NCBI GenBank assembly: GCA_030704615.1
Contig: CM060731.1
Span: forward strand, 79,422,001 to 79,486,000
From: Takakia lepidozioides
Lineage: Eukaryota; Plantae; Bryophyta
Direction: 5' to 3'
Length of the DNA stretch: 64,000 bases
The translations under genes were made by a program, and so were the position numbers. The number at the start of each line of letters is the position of its first letter. Within the stretch, counting starts at the first letter, position 1. Below the pieces are notes generated by a model. The model did no database searches. It was not told the DNA's origin and was given only the letters and a program-made list of their open reading frames with translations. Shown here in pieces: positions 1 through 12,157 of the stretch.

Positions 1-9
1 TAACTTCCA

Positions 10-1050
10 GTGGAGTTTTTATTACCTACTATGAGAACTGAATGGGGAAGAAGAATGGAATTGGAAGATTCAATTAAGGTCAGGAAACATGAATTATACC
101 ATATGGAGGAAGTACGAGCTGATGCAGCTGACAACATGACGAGAATACAGATGAAAAGGAAGGATCAGTTTGATGAAGAGAAGTTGAAGACTTTCAAAAC
201 AGGAGATTTGGTTTTGTGGTTGCAGAAGAAGGGAAAGATTAAGGCTTCTAAGCTTAAATCGCCATGGAAGGGACCTTATGTCATACAAAAGATGTATGAT
301 AACAACACGACCATGTTACAAACCATTAACAAAGAAATGCTGGGCAGGGTCAATGCCAACAAGTTGAAAGGATACAGTGGTATCCATGACAAGCCATTGA
401 GGCACGATTTGCATATAGAACCACAGGAGCAAATACAGGCTGTTCCAGTAACACCAACGGAGCATAGAATACTTGTCGTTAAACCGGTGAGGAGCGGAAA
501 ACACAGATGTTTAAATAGCTATCACAGCCCAACACAGGGTCACACAGCCCATCACAGCCCAACACAGGGTCACACAGCCTATCATAGCCCAGCACAGTGT
601 CACACAGTCGTGCACAGCCTAGCACAGGGTGGCACAGCTTGTCACAGCCTCACACAGCCAATCAGAATTACACAGTCCATAGGATTAGTGACAGGTGGAC
701 GAAAGAAAACATCAGGGAAATGGCCAGTGGAAGAAAGGGCGGAAGTCAGTTTAAAAGTGGACGCGTGGAAGTCAGGCCGTGACGCACAGCTGAGAAGGAG
801 CTGCAAGAACAAGTGTCATCAAGAAAAAGGACTGGAGTGGCCATCAAAGTACCTACCTACTACGTCAAAGAGGATGGATGGCGGGCCCATTAATGCATAC
901 GGAAAAAGGGTAACGGAACATACGGCGAGTACAGAAAAACAAATTTCTTGTCACGTGTGTTATCCTAGTGGACAAGCCAGCAGGGAAAATCCACTAAAGA
1001 AAATTAATTCTAAAATCCAGTCACAGCGGTTACAGCCAATCATGAAGTAG
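10..1050 (+). CDS. Integrase C-terminal (GPY/F, SH3-like) region plus low-complexity tail, 5'-partial
   Basis: GDLVLW...WKGPYVI...VNANKLKGY; tail includes HSPTQGHTA repeats. Confidence 0.75.
   Translation: MEFLLPTMRTEWGRRMELEDSIKVRKHELYHMEEVRADAADNMTRIQMKRKDQFDEEKLKTFKTGDLVLWLQKKGKIKASKLKSPWKGPYVIQKMYDNNTTMLQTINKEMLGRVNANKLKGYSGIHDKPLRHDLHIEPQEQIQAVPVTPTEHRILVVKPVRSGKHRCLNSYHSPTQGHTAHHSPTQGHTAYHSPAQCHTVVHSLAQGGTACHSLTQPIRITQSIGLVTGGRKKTSGKWPVEERAEVSLKVDAWKSGRDAQLRRSCKNKCHQEKGLEWPSKYLPTTSKRMDGGPINAYGKRVTEHTASTEKQISCHVCYPSGQASRENPLKKINSKIQSQRLQPIMK
521..660 (+). repeat. ~30-bp tandem repeat built of CACAG units
   Basis: atcacagcccaacacagggtcacacagccc x~4.5, degenerating toward the 3' end. Confidence 0.85.
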
Positions 1051-1371
1051 GAGCAACTTCAAGAAAGTAAAAAGGTTCTGAGCGTAAGAGTCGGCGTTGT
1101 TCCAAGTAACGGGCGTCTCGACGGGACAGACAATCAATGTGATAGTTTTGAAGCTATGAGGGAACTAGCAGATTATACGCTCGCGATACTACTCACGCAG
1201 TGGCGAGGAAACAGAAGAACAGAGAGTAACTTTTCTCTTGATCAATGCTTGCAAGCCCCGCAGGTTTACAGGACACTACCCATAGCATTTTGTGGCAATC
1301 ATACGTTTGTGCTTTGTGCTCTGCAAGCAATACTTCAGTTGTTACAGCCACAGCCTTACGGTTTCTCTAAA

Positions 1372-4300
1372 ATGAAGAGAGTAAGAGGGATGGAGGACAT
1401 CAAGGTGAAAAGCACCACAATCCTGCAGAAACAGACGATTGCGACGCCATACGCGGTGAAGTTACTAGAGGAACTGCGATTACAATGATTGCAAAACAAG
1501 GATTGGACATTGCACCATCGGAAGTACATGTTAGAATTCTTGCAGAACTTTGACCCAAAGACAGGAGCCACAATGGTGAAGGGAGTTGAATTAGAACTTA
1601 CTCCCTTATACCTACAGCAATTGTTTTCATTGCCAGCAGGTCAGGTTCATGTGGACGAGCACAGGGCTAGATTGCAGATGAAAGATTTGTTTGAAGAAGG
1701 GAGTTTCTTTAAAACTCAAGGCTATGCTTGTACCAAAGCGGTGTACCCAGGGCTCAAGGAGGTAGGCCAGATATTGAACGTTCTGTTTGCCATGAAACAG
1801 AACCAGCAGTATTTGAGCAGATCCTTCACAGAGGAAATACTCAAAGGCCTGAGAGAAGAAGAGGTAGCATGGGAGAACATCATGTACAACGGACTGGTAG
1901 AGGAGATGGAAAGATTGTAGGGAACTGCCGCTAAATCTCCTATCATAGTATCTGGGCCAGTCATTGCACAAATCATCCTAGACTCATGCGTACTTGATGC
2001 GAGAGAAAGGAAGGAAATGGGAGTGTTTGAAATAACAACCATTACCATAGAAGAGCAAGGTTCTTCACAGGGTGAAGGAGGATTGGCAGAGCATCAACAG
2101 CCCAAAAGACAGAGGAAAGGGATCACGTTGGAAGCCGAACCATTAGCTACAGGCAGCAGGAGGAAGAAGTTACTCAAGCTCTTGTGCAGGAGAGGGTACA
2201 GCAGCACAGAGATCAAGGGTTACAAACAGCACAACCTGTGGAGAGGGAACATGAAGTCAATTCAGTATCACAGCCATCACAGCCAGGTGAACGGCTTGCC
2301 AAAGAGTTACCACAAGTGGTCCATGCGGTTCCTCCACAAATAATAGATTTGGAAACAGAAGGGTTAGATATTCCAACTACAGAGCAAGTGGTGGCAGAGA
2401 TTGAGAGAGGTGATCTTCTCTATGAAGACTCTAGTTTGCTCAGAGAGAGAGTGGAGCCAGAGGTCCAAAATCTGTCCAGTGAACTTCTTGATGTGCAGGT
2501 AATACCCCCACCAGCACCACAAGTTCCAGAAGAGGAACATCAGGACACAGCAGCATCTGGGAGAAATGAGGAAATTGAGAAGGAGGATCTGGTGGAGTAG
2601 TGGCCTAAGTGGTTTGTGAGGCATCATCCTATGGATGAGAGGGGTGAACAGCAGCATGTTAACCATGATGGGCCTCAGCAGGCTATGCTGATGAACTCCA
2701 TAAGCCGAACCCTCAATTTGTTGGGAACTTACATGAAGTCACATGTTCCAGTGACTCAGTTGGAAGTTCTGAAGGAGGAACTCAGAAAAGAGTTCGAAAA
2801 TCGGTTGGTAACCAAGTGTGTTAACAAAGTTGAGATGGAAGTGCATTTGCAGTTGCAACAGGAGTTGAGGGAAACAAAGAATGCTCTGCAATTTGCTAAG
2901 CAGCAACTGATTGAGGGGGGTCTGGAGCAAGACCATCTGCAGGAGATACACAAGCAGCAATTATTTCAATTGCAGAACAAGCATGAGGATGAGATGCAAG
3001 GACTAAAAGAACAACAGGCAAAGTTGGAGGTAGTACATCAAAGGATGACGGTGCAATGTGCCACCCTCACAAATGTTCTAGAGCAAGCCACAACAGAAGC
3101 CAACCAGCAGAGGGAACGATGTGTAAGGGCAGAAACGGAGGTAGTGGAGCAAGCCAAATTCATTGTGGACCTCAAAGATACAATATGTCACAATGAGGGT
3201 GCTTTACAGCAATACAAACAGGTTGAGGCTAACCAAGAGAAGTACATTGTGGAGTTACAACAGACCCTTATGTCGAATAGGAATCAACTCTCTGTAGCTA
3301 ACAAGACAGCGAGGGAAGCCAATAATCTGGCTGCAGCTTATGCCAATTTAGTTGAACCTCATGAGAAGCGCATGCAAGGATTGCAACAGCAGTTAGATGC
3401 CTACAGACTCAAGGAGGAGCAGAGTCTCAGAGATGTTACACAGGACAGAGTGGATGACCAACTTTTAAAAGTATGGTTAGCACAAGGGCCAGTGGAAGGG
3501 AAAACACCGAGAAAGCTCACCTAGGGGGAGATGAATGACCTGAGGCTGCAAGTGCAAAATATTGCCACCACTACTATAGACAATGTCTATAGTAGAATAG
3601 GAGAGCTCCAAGAGGATGTGGATACACTGCAGACTCAAGTGGAGGACTTGAGTTCAAACATAGACCAAAGGCTCATGATTCCTGAAGAACATCTCATTGA
3701 GGCGTATTTGAGGGCCAGAACTCTAGTTTTCGGGTCTTCTTCGCAAGAAGTGCAGGGGATGCCAATGGTGGAAACACCAATAGAACCAGTTTCACAGCAG
3801 GTGGCTGTACAGGTTACTGAATCTCCTATGACAGCAGTTGCACGGCCTGAGGTATGGGGAAATGCTGCTTTCAAACCACCCAAGACTCATGCTGCACGGG
3901 AATACAACCGAGCAATGATCATGCCCTTCAATGAAATTCCAAATAGCTTGGATTTGGCTTGGAATCAATTTGGTCCTCCACAATCCTTTCCACACTTCTA
4001 CCAAATAATGCGCATTTGGTTGCCAGTGGCCACTCGGACTAAGATTCTGGCAATGAAACAGCTCATTGAGGATCATCATTTTTCAAGGTACTGGTCTGAG
4101 GCAGGCACCATGTTGAAGGAGTTAATAGCTTTCCAGGTTGTTCATGGGCACATTCACACCAAAACAAAGGAAGTAGCGAGTTTGGTCATGGGCTGTGGAA
4201 TTTATTATACTGCTTGTTTCATTGCACGTTACCACATTGAGCAGCAAAAGATGCAGTCCAGATTTCTGACTTATTCCACTACAGATCATTGGACCTTACA

Positions 4301-4928
4301 TGTGGTGCCGCATCATACGTATTTATATGATGTGAAAATCATGTTACAGAGGGATTCACAACTCCGTTCATGGTTTAACATGGCCTGGAACAACTTGAGC
4401 AACGAAAAACGGCATATTGACGACATTTTTAATAAGGAGCAGACAGCTTGGCAATACCTATACTGCTCCAAAGTTACTGGCACACCTCTCACCTATACTG
4501 AGAAGGAATTGTTGAAGTTCAATCAACTTGCTTTCAACAGGTTACACAACGTTGTGAAGCTTAAGGTTCCTGACATGGTGGGGCCACACTGTATGCCAAT
4601 TTTCATTCCAGAGAAACCAAGAAAGGCAAGAAAACCAAAAAACTGCAGGACTGAAGCAGATTCGGACACAACAGCTGAAACTTCAGAACAAACTCTTGAC
4701 ATATGGGAGGAATATGATCAAGCACTGCACGACAAGAAACGACGGGGATCTCCCACACCAGAGCCATTACAGCCGGTTCAGTCAAAGGGCAACAAATCAG
4801 GTTCAAATATAGCTCAAGCATCTCCAGCAAGCAGTCATAGAACTCGGGCACGTACAGAGAGCCCTCCACGGCACTCTCACAAACAGACAGGACCACGTTC
4901 ACAAAGATTTACTGATCCTAAGCAGTAA
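1372..4928 (+). pseudogene. Extra 3' (env-position) ORF of the retroelement: plant-transposon-protein-like N-terminus, long coiled coil, unknown C-terminal domain; disrupted
   Basis: Consecutive ORFs 1372-1488, 1489-1920, 2017/2184-2600, 2616-3524 and 3531-4928 are separated by single stops or one frameshift; EFLQNFD...VKGVELELTP..LQQLFSLP motif; heptad-rich 2700-3450. Confidence 0.65.
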
Positions 4929-4949
4929 ACCGTGAGGACACGGCTTTTT

Positions 4950-4966
4950 GAGAGGGGAAAGGGTAA
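4950..4966 (+). promoter_or_regulatory. Polypurine tract
   Basis: GAGAGGGGAAAGGGTAA immediately 5' of the LTR TG. Confidence 0.85.
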
Positions 4967-5932
4967 TGTTAGGAGGCAGTCTGGGACTTAGGCATTTTTA
5001 TGGGTTCTGTGGAGTCTGGGACTTAGACACTTCTATGGGTTCTGAGGGGTACCCTTAATTTTTTGAGATAGCCCGTCACAGCCCGTCACAGCCATACACA
5101 GCCCGGCACAGCCCGGCACAGCCAGTCACAGCCCGACACAGTCACAGCCCATCACAGCCATACACAGCCCGGCACAGCCAGTCACAGCCCGACACAGTCA
5201 CAGCCCGTCACAGCCATACACAGCCAGTCACAGCCCGACACAGCCTGAAACAGCCGTCACAGTCTGACACAGTCGCACAGTCAGTCACAGCTGTCACAGT
5301 CGTAGGGAACGGTTATCATGACAGGGAACGACTGTGGGGAACAACATCTGCCGGGGAACATGTAATTCACGGAGGACGGTTAGTGAAGGAAAACGGTTAG
5401 AACAGGGGGGAAGAAGATAAAGCGGGCAGCGGAGACGGGAGGGGACTTTTTGGGGATGGAGATCACTGCTGGGGGACTTTAGCCACGGAGATCACTCCTG
5501 GGGAAGGACTAAGATCGAAGGAAGGGAAGCTGGCGAGGAGGAAGGAGATACTATAGGACAGAGTTAGTACGAGATGTAGGATTACTTAGAGGGATAGATT
5601 AGAGAAGTTAGGACATCAGCATGTATCCGATTATGATTAATCTGATTCTCATCCGATACAAACACCTTGTGTTGAGAGACTTGAGTGAAGCTGTGTATGA
5701 ATGAAATCAGGGGGCCCAAGAAGCAATCTGACGCTTAAAAAGATACCTGGTCATGATAAACAGGGAATATAAACTGATAACGAATATAATTGGAAACCCA
5801 ACAATGATTCACTAGCTGCAGGTCATGACTGATTGTTTCACGCGGGCTGAATGCTTAGAGATATCCAACTCTTCTATCTTGGAGTTTCCCCCTCGGATAG
5901 CGAAGGGATGGGTGAGTAAAAGCCGTGTGACA
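4967..5932 (+). repeat. 3' LTR (TGTTAGG...TGTGACA) with internal CACAGCC-type heptamer tract (~5070-5300)
   Basis: TG..CA termini; inverted homolog at 11247-12148. Confidence 0.92.
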
Positions 5933-5935
5933 GAT

Positions 5936-8711
5936 CTACCCTGCTGTGATTGGCCATTGCCAATCTAACCAATCATTTGCACTTCCCTGCACCTCCACGG
6001 CAAATAAGCTCGCATCTGGTAATTGATCATCTACTCTTGTGGCTGGTTCACCTGTTGATAACCATGACAAGTGGTCCGCCACAAGATGCAGCCTCCCAGG
6101 CTTGTAAACAACCTCAAACTCAAATTCGTGTAAGATTATCAACCATCTTGCTATTCTTCCGCTTATCAGAGGTTTGTTTACCAAGTATATCAAAGCTTGG
6201 TGATCCACATAGAACATAAACTTCTTACCCAACAGGTAATGCCTGAATTTCTTCACTGCATAGATCATTGCGCTTCTCTTTCTGTTGTGCTATAATTTCT
6301 TTCAGCATTGTTCATTAATCGGCTAGCATAGTACACAGGTGAATCTATCATTCCTGTAACATTTTGGGCTAGCACCGCTCCCAATGCTTCTCCTGAAGCA
6401 TCACAGTGAACATGGAACATTTCCTGCCAGTGAGGATTAATCAATACAGGTGTAGTTGTCATTGACAATGTCAGTTCCTCAAAAGCCTGTTGACATTCAT
6501 CTGTCCATGCAAACATTGCGTCTTTTTTTAAAAGTTTGCTCAGTAGCTGGTTTGTCCCAGGAATCTCCTTAGACTCTTAGCATTTACTGGAGGTGGGGAG
6601 GCTTTAATGGCCTCCGTCTTTCTGGGATCCACTAGAAGTCCCTTTTTACACACTATGTGTCCCAAAAGTACCCCTGAGTTCACACAGAAAGTACATTTCT
6701 CTGGATTTAGGCCCAGACCTCTCATCCTGCATCTCGCCAAGCACAACTCCAATTTATGTAAGTGCTCACTCTTATAGCTATACACACTGAAATCATCCAA
6801 GAACACCTGCATGAAATCATCAAGGTACTCCTGAAAAGATTCACTTATAACTCTCTGGAAAGTTGCTGGTGCATTACAAAGTCCAAAAGGCATGACTTTG
6901 TATGCATAAGCACCCCAGTCTGTGATGAAAGTTATTTTTCCTTGATCTTCCTCTGCCACCTGTACTTGATTATAACCACTGAAGCCATCCATGAATGAAT
7001 ACATTTCATGGCCTACCACAGTGTCCAATACTGCTTCTGTGAATGGTAGAGGAAAAGGATCCTTCCTCGTACAAGCATTCAGCTTCTTGTAGTTCACACA
7101 AACTAGTTTGCCATTTTTCTTGGGGACTATCACAATGGGTGACAACCAAGTTGTGTACTCTATCGGGTATATAAATTTAGCTTCAGCCAACTTTTTGATC
7201 TCTTCTCCAACCTTCTCTGCATAGTTGGGATTCATCCTGTATCTCGCCTGTTTAACTGGTATTGATCCTGGTTCCAGTTCAATCTTATGTTGACAGATCG
7301 CAGGTGGTATCCCCTTCAGATCCTCATAGCTCCAAGCAAATACATCTCTGTATTTAATGAACAGACTCTTTGCTTCCTCAAAGAATTCTGGCTCTAGATC
7401 CGCCCCTACCTTCACCATCCTTGGTTCCTTCTCAGTTCCCACATTCACTTCCCTCACCTGCTCATCAGCTGTGATTGTCCAACCAGTTACTATTTCATCC
7501 TGTAGACTTACAATGGCTGGTTCCTCTAGGATATCAATCTCTCCTTCCCTTTCCTCATAAAAATGTGGTGGGTAACTATTTATTTCCTCCTCAATTGGGG
7601 TTGTTGTCACTGCACCACAGTAGATACTTTTTAAACAACTCAAGCCTTCTAATTGCATCTCTGCAACATGTTCCCACTCTGGGTGTGCAGCGAACAAAGT
7701 AGCTTCCTGTTCCTCATCCAGTCCTTCTTTCCAATCATACTCTCTGACCCCTCTTGGTCTTCTTGTAGCAGATAGTCTTTCAGATTTCTTAGTGGTGATT
7801 TGTATCTTGTTCAACCCATCCTGCACAGTCAGTAACTGTGAATTCCAATCATGAGACACTTTGGCCTGTTTCAGCCATGGTCTTCCCAACAATAAGGAAT
7901 AAGCTTCCAGGACTTCATTCATCTTCAACACAGTTACTGTGATCTTAAAGATCATCTCTTGAATCTGGATTTTAACTCCTCTGATCAATCCCAATGGCTG
8001 TACACTCCTGTGGTCTGCCATGGTTACTGTAAATGGGGCTGGTTTCATGTTGTTTAGACCTAGCTTCTGCCTCAATTGGTCTGTCATGATATTCACACCA
8101 GAGCCTCCATCTATCAGTACATCTGCCAGCTCTGTGCTTCCAATTCTCAGCTGGATAACTGGCATAGAATCATCAAAATCCATGATTGTTTCTTGCCCTT
8201 CTGGCCTCACATTATAACTGGTCACCTTGCTGTTCAGGTCTGTGTTCTCTGTCAAATGGGCAATCCTGTTGATTGCTTGATACAGCCTGTGTCTACAATA
8301 AGGTGCCACAGCTAATAGCTGTCCAATGGTAATTTCCACTTTGGACTGGCATATCACTTCAGCCAATGTCCCTTCCTTACCGTGCACTTCTGCGGCTTCC
8401 CTCTTTCATTCTTCCTCACTGACTTCTTCTTCTCCTTCAGAGTCTGAGGAGTCTACCATGGGAATATCAGTACTCTTCTGCATTTCCTGTATGGTATCCG
8501 CCACTTCCTTGTGCAGTTCCTTCTCATCTCTCCAAGCCTCATCATCTTCAGGCACATCACTGCCATCTTCATTATCATCAACTTCATCTTCCACTGGAGG
8601 TACTAATTTGGCTCTGCTTCTTGTTACTATCATTGTACTCACTTCCGGTACAATACATGGCCTAACCATGTGGGCTGCCACTACTGGCCCCTCATTCCCA
8701 GGAGCTCTCAT
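5936..8711 (-). pseudogene. pol: aspartic protease, RT, RNase H (frameshifted/stops)
   Basis: VLIDGGSGVNIM; DGFSGYNQ, MPFGLCNAPATFQ, FLDDF; HCDASGEALGAVL, NYSTTERE, VDHQAL. Confidence 0.92.
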
Positions 8712-10637
8712 CTCATTCTGGTGTCTGATCCAGAATGGACAAGCCGCCTTACAATGTCCTGCCTGATTACAATAGTAACACAGTTCTTCTCCATTGGGTC
8801 CTCACCCTTGGTCTGTTCTGGGATTATTTCTGTAATCCTGATTCCCTGGCTGGTAATTCCCTCTTGGATTACCCTGATAGCCACCCCTGGGATGTCCCTG
8901 GTAATTCCCTCTTGGATTACCTCTCCTTTCCATGCCATTGTTATAACCACCTGTCCTACCATAGTGGTCTTGATCATTGTTTCTTCTTGGCTGGGGTTGC
9001 ACTTGATGCACCCTTACCTGCCTAGGCTCTCTTACTGCTGTTCTTCTGTTGTAGTAACAATTCTCAGTAGAATGGTTATCCATTTTACAGATAGTGCAAT
9101 GTTTCTCCTTCATGTGGCATTCAGTAGTGCACACCCTTCATTCTGGCATTTTGCACACCAAACACCCTTCCTCCAATGTGTTGCAGCCTCTGTGGCATAC
9201 TTTTTCAAGATTTCTTCTAATCTCTTCTCATAATTTTCCCTCTTCATCTTTTCCTTCTTTTTACTCTTCTTTTTATGCTCCATCTCCTCTTCTTCTTCTG
9301 ACTCATCCTCAGAGTCCTCTTCATCTCTTTTCTCCTTCCTGAGCATTCCACCCTGCTCAATTCTGTTTGCTGTTTCAAATGCCTCCTCCACTGTATTGTG
9401 GGGTAACATGTCTACTTTCTTTTGCAACTCTGGCCTTAGTCCATTCACAAACCAAGCCTTCTGCAATCCTGGTGCTGGTATAGCAGCCAACTTTTTCATC
9501 ATCAACTCCATTTTCTCCATATACTCTTCAATAGTTTCATGCTTCTTCTGCTTCAGCTGCTGTAAACTCCCATACACTTCATCCTCAGTTTTACTGGTCC
9601 TGAACCTATTTTGGAACGCTGTACTCAAGCCATTCCAGGTTAGGAAATGATTATCAGGGAATCTTGCATACCATTCACTGGCTTTCTTTATAAGTGAACA
9701 CGGAAACAGTCTCATCTTGGCATCATCGCCATTCTCATTGTTCACTATACACATGTGCTCAAATTGGCTAATGTGTACATCAGGATCCCCTTTCCCTGAA
9801 TATATCGGAAAAGGTGGTTTAGCCCGTGTTGGTTGTAACGCCATCTGCGACCCTACACCCTGCCCCCTGACAGTTGTTGGCCTTTTGGCTGATGCTAGTC
9901 CCTGTGGACCTATAGTATTTGTGGTGGTTCTACCACCAATTACTGGCCCCTGAACCCTTCATGCTCCTGGCCTTTCTATATTCATAGTATTCCCAGCCTC
10001 AGTTGCACTACTTTCCACACTCTCTGTCCCCCCAGAGCCAGATCCAGGTCTTTCGCCTGATCCCTCTGAGCCGACACCTTCGTTGGCCTGTGATCCAAGT
10101 GCTCCACTTGATCCATGTCCAACGGGTTGGGATGTCCTGGTTGTAGTCTCAACCTCAGCTGCTGGGTCTACTTCTTCATATTCCTCATCTTCCAATTTCT
10201 TTCCTTGGTTTTCTTCTTCTTCACTCATGTAACTATTTTGTAATAATGTTGGAGAGTTTGAACTCTCCGCTGGTTCTGCATCCTCATCTTCTGCTCCCGA
10301 AACTGGAGTTCCTGCTCTTGGTGTTCCATGCCAATTCTTATCAAAGATTTCTGCCAAATCTTTTATCCAGGGATGTACCTCAGATCTTTCACCTCGTGGT
10401 TGATCTTCTTCCTCTGCCAAGTCCCTTAATCTTTCTTGCAAAGAAAAAAGAAGGTGTGGTATCCAACTCTAGCTCCTCTGGTATAGGTGATGAACTCCCT
10501 GATCTCAATGGTGTGAGAGGTCCAGATGATTCCCCAATGTCTATTCCTCTCTCCCACAGATATGGATAATGAGCTTTCAGATAACTTTCTCTTTTTGCTG
10601 AATATCTTTGGAGTCTAGCTTCTCTTTCATCACTCAT
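8708..10637 (-). pseudogene. gag (capsid domain + two CCHC knuckles), frameshifted
   Basis: YSGKGDPDVHI...FPCSL...QKKHETIEEY...FVNGLRPEL; CAKC..H..C and CTICKMDNHSTENC. Confidence 0.85.
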
Positions 10638-10658
10638 GTCCCATATCTTTCATTTCTT

Positions 10659-11354
10659 TTAGTGTGGCAACAACCAAAATTCTCTCCTGTAGTATCTCTC
10701 ATATATGCCTGGGTTTCTTTCCAGCTTCAATGTACCTCTGGCTATACTGGAAGTCTCTGTTACCATATAACCATATGGTAAACAAGTCTGAAAAGCTGTT
10801 TTTGGTGTAAGTTTGATCCACAAGATATCCTTTGCAATCCAATTCTTTACCAATACAAGCTCCTCATGCATATGAGTGTAAACATTCACTTTCCTTTCCT
10901 CCCAGCTTTCAAACTCTACCCGCTTGATAGATAGTAAGGCTATCACATAAACCAGTGTTGGTAACCACCGTGCTCTTCCTCTACAGGCTACCTGATAAAT
11001 CTTTATCACTCCTTTCTCCAGACCCCATTCCGGATCAGCATCATGCACTCGCTTAAGAATATTTTCTTTACAACCGTCTGACAATTCCAAGAACCTTTGA
11101 AAGAATTGTTTGGACAATCTTTCTTCCTTCGTTCCACAGGGAATTTGATTCACTTCAAATTCTTTAATCCTCCAACCACCATGATCCCACCAGATGCCTG
11201 TCACATCTGGTTGTTCATGACTCAGTTCCCCAGTATGGTCGCCAAATGTCACACGGCTTTTACTCACCCATCCCTTCGCTATCCGAGGGGGAAACTCCAA
11301 GATAGAAGAGTTGGATATCTCTAAGCATTCAGCCCGCGTGAAACAATCAGTCAT
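10659..11354 (-). CDS. Extra 231-aa ORF upstream of gag, beginning inside the 5' LTR and crossing the PBS
   Basis: Uninterrupted ORF ending 21 bp before the gag ATG; function unknown. Confidence 0.5.
   Translation of the reverse strand: MTDCFTRAECLEISNSSILEFPPRIAKGWVSKSRVTFGDHTGELSHEQPDVTGIWWDHGGWRIKEFEVNQIPCGTKEERLSKQFFQRFLELSDGCKENILKRVHDADPEWGLEKGVIKIYQVACRGRARWLPTLVYVIALLSIKRVEFESWEERKVNVYTHMHEELVLVKNWIAKDILWIKLTPKTAFQTCLPYGYMVTETSSIARGTLKLERNPGIYERYYRREFWLLPH
11227..11244 (-). promoter_or_regulatory. Primer binding site, tRNA-Arg-like
   Basis: TGGCGACCATACTGGGGA 2 nt after the LTR CA, resembling the Arg-type PBS (TGGCGACTCCACTGGGGA) of Tat/Ogre elements. Confidence 0.75.
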
Positions 11355-12148
11355 GACCTGCAGCTAGTGAATCATTGTTGGGTTTCCAATTATATTCCTT
11401 ATCAGTTTATATTCCCTGTTTATCATGACCAGGTATCTTTTTAAGCGTCAGATTGCTTCTTGGGCCCCCTGATTTCATTCATACACAGCTTCATTCAAGC
11501 CTCTCAACACAAGGTGTTTGTATCGGATGAGAATCAGATTAATCATAATCGGATACATGCTGATGTCCTAACTTCTCTAATCTATCCCTCTAAGTAATCC
11601 TACATCTCGTACTAACTCTGTCCTATAGTATCTCCTTCCTCCTCGCCAGCTTCCCTTCCTTCGATCTTAGTCCTTCCCCAGGAGTGATCTCCGTGGCTAA
11701 AGTCCCCCAGCAGTGATCTCCATCCCCCAAAAAGTCCCCTCCCGTCTCCGCTGCCCGCTTTATCTTCTTCCCCCCTGTTCTAACCATTTTCCTTCACTAA
11801 CCGTCCTCCGTGAATTACATGTTCCCCGGCAGATGTTGTTCCCCACAGTCGTTCTCTGTCATGATAACCGTTCCCTACGACTTTGCGACTGTGTCAGACT
11901 GTGACGGCTGTTTCGGGCTGTGTCGGGCTGTGACTGGCTGTGTATGGCTATGACGGGCTGTGACTGTTTCGGGCTGCGACAAGCTGTGACGGGCTGTGAC
12001 TGGCTGTGCCGGGCTGTGTATGGCTGTGACGGGCTGTGACGGGCTATCTCAAAAAATTAAGAGTACCCCTCAGAACCCATAGAACTGTCTAAGTCCAGGA
12101 CTCCACAGAACCCATAAAAATGCCTAAGTCCCAGACTGCCTCCTAACA
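11247..12148 (-). repeat. 5' LTR
   Basis: Reverse complement of 4967-5932 apart from substitutions and a shorter CACAG tract. Confidence 0.92.
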
Positions 12149-12157
12149 AGATCCAAA

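Larger units (their letters stand above)
1..5932 (+). mobile_element. 3' half of Ty3/gypsy non-chromovirus LTR retrotransposon (integrase tail, long extra ORF, PPT, 3' LTR)
   Basis: Integrase C-terminal motif FKTGDLVL...KLKSPWKGPYVI; purine tract GAGAGGGGAAAGGG before a TG..CA LTR that is homologous to 11247-12148. Confidence 0.9.
5933..12148 (-). mobile_element. 5' half of the same Ty3/gypsy family (5' LTR, PBS, extra 5' ORF, gag, PR, RT, RNase H), truncated before integrase
   Basis: LTR + PBS; gag, protease, RT and RNase H motifs in gypsy order. Confidence 0.93.

Noticed and set aside
1486-3524. In-frame TAG/TGA stops as programmed read-through or editing sites
   Set aside because: Such stops are scattered in nearly all TE ORFs here and fit methylation-driven C>T/G>A decay
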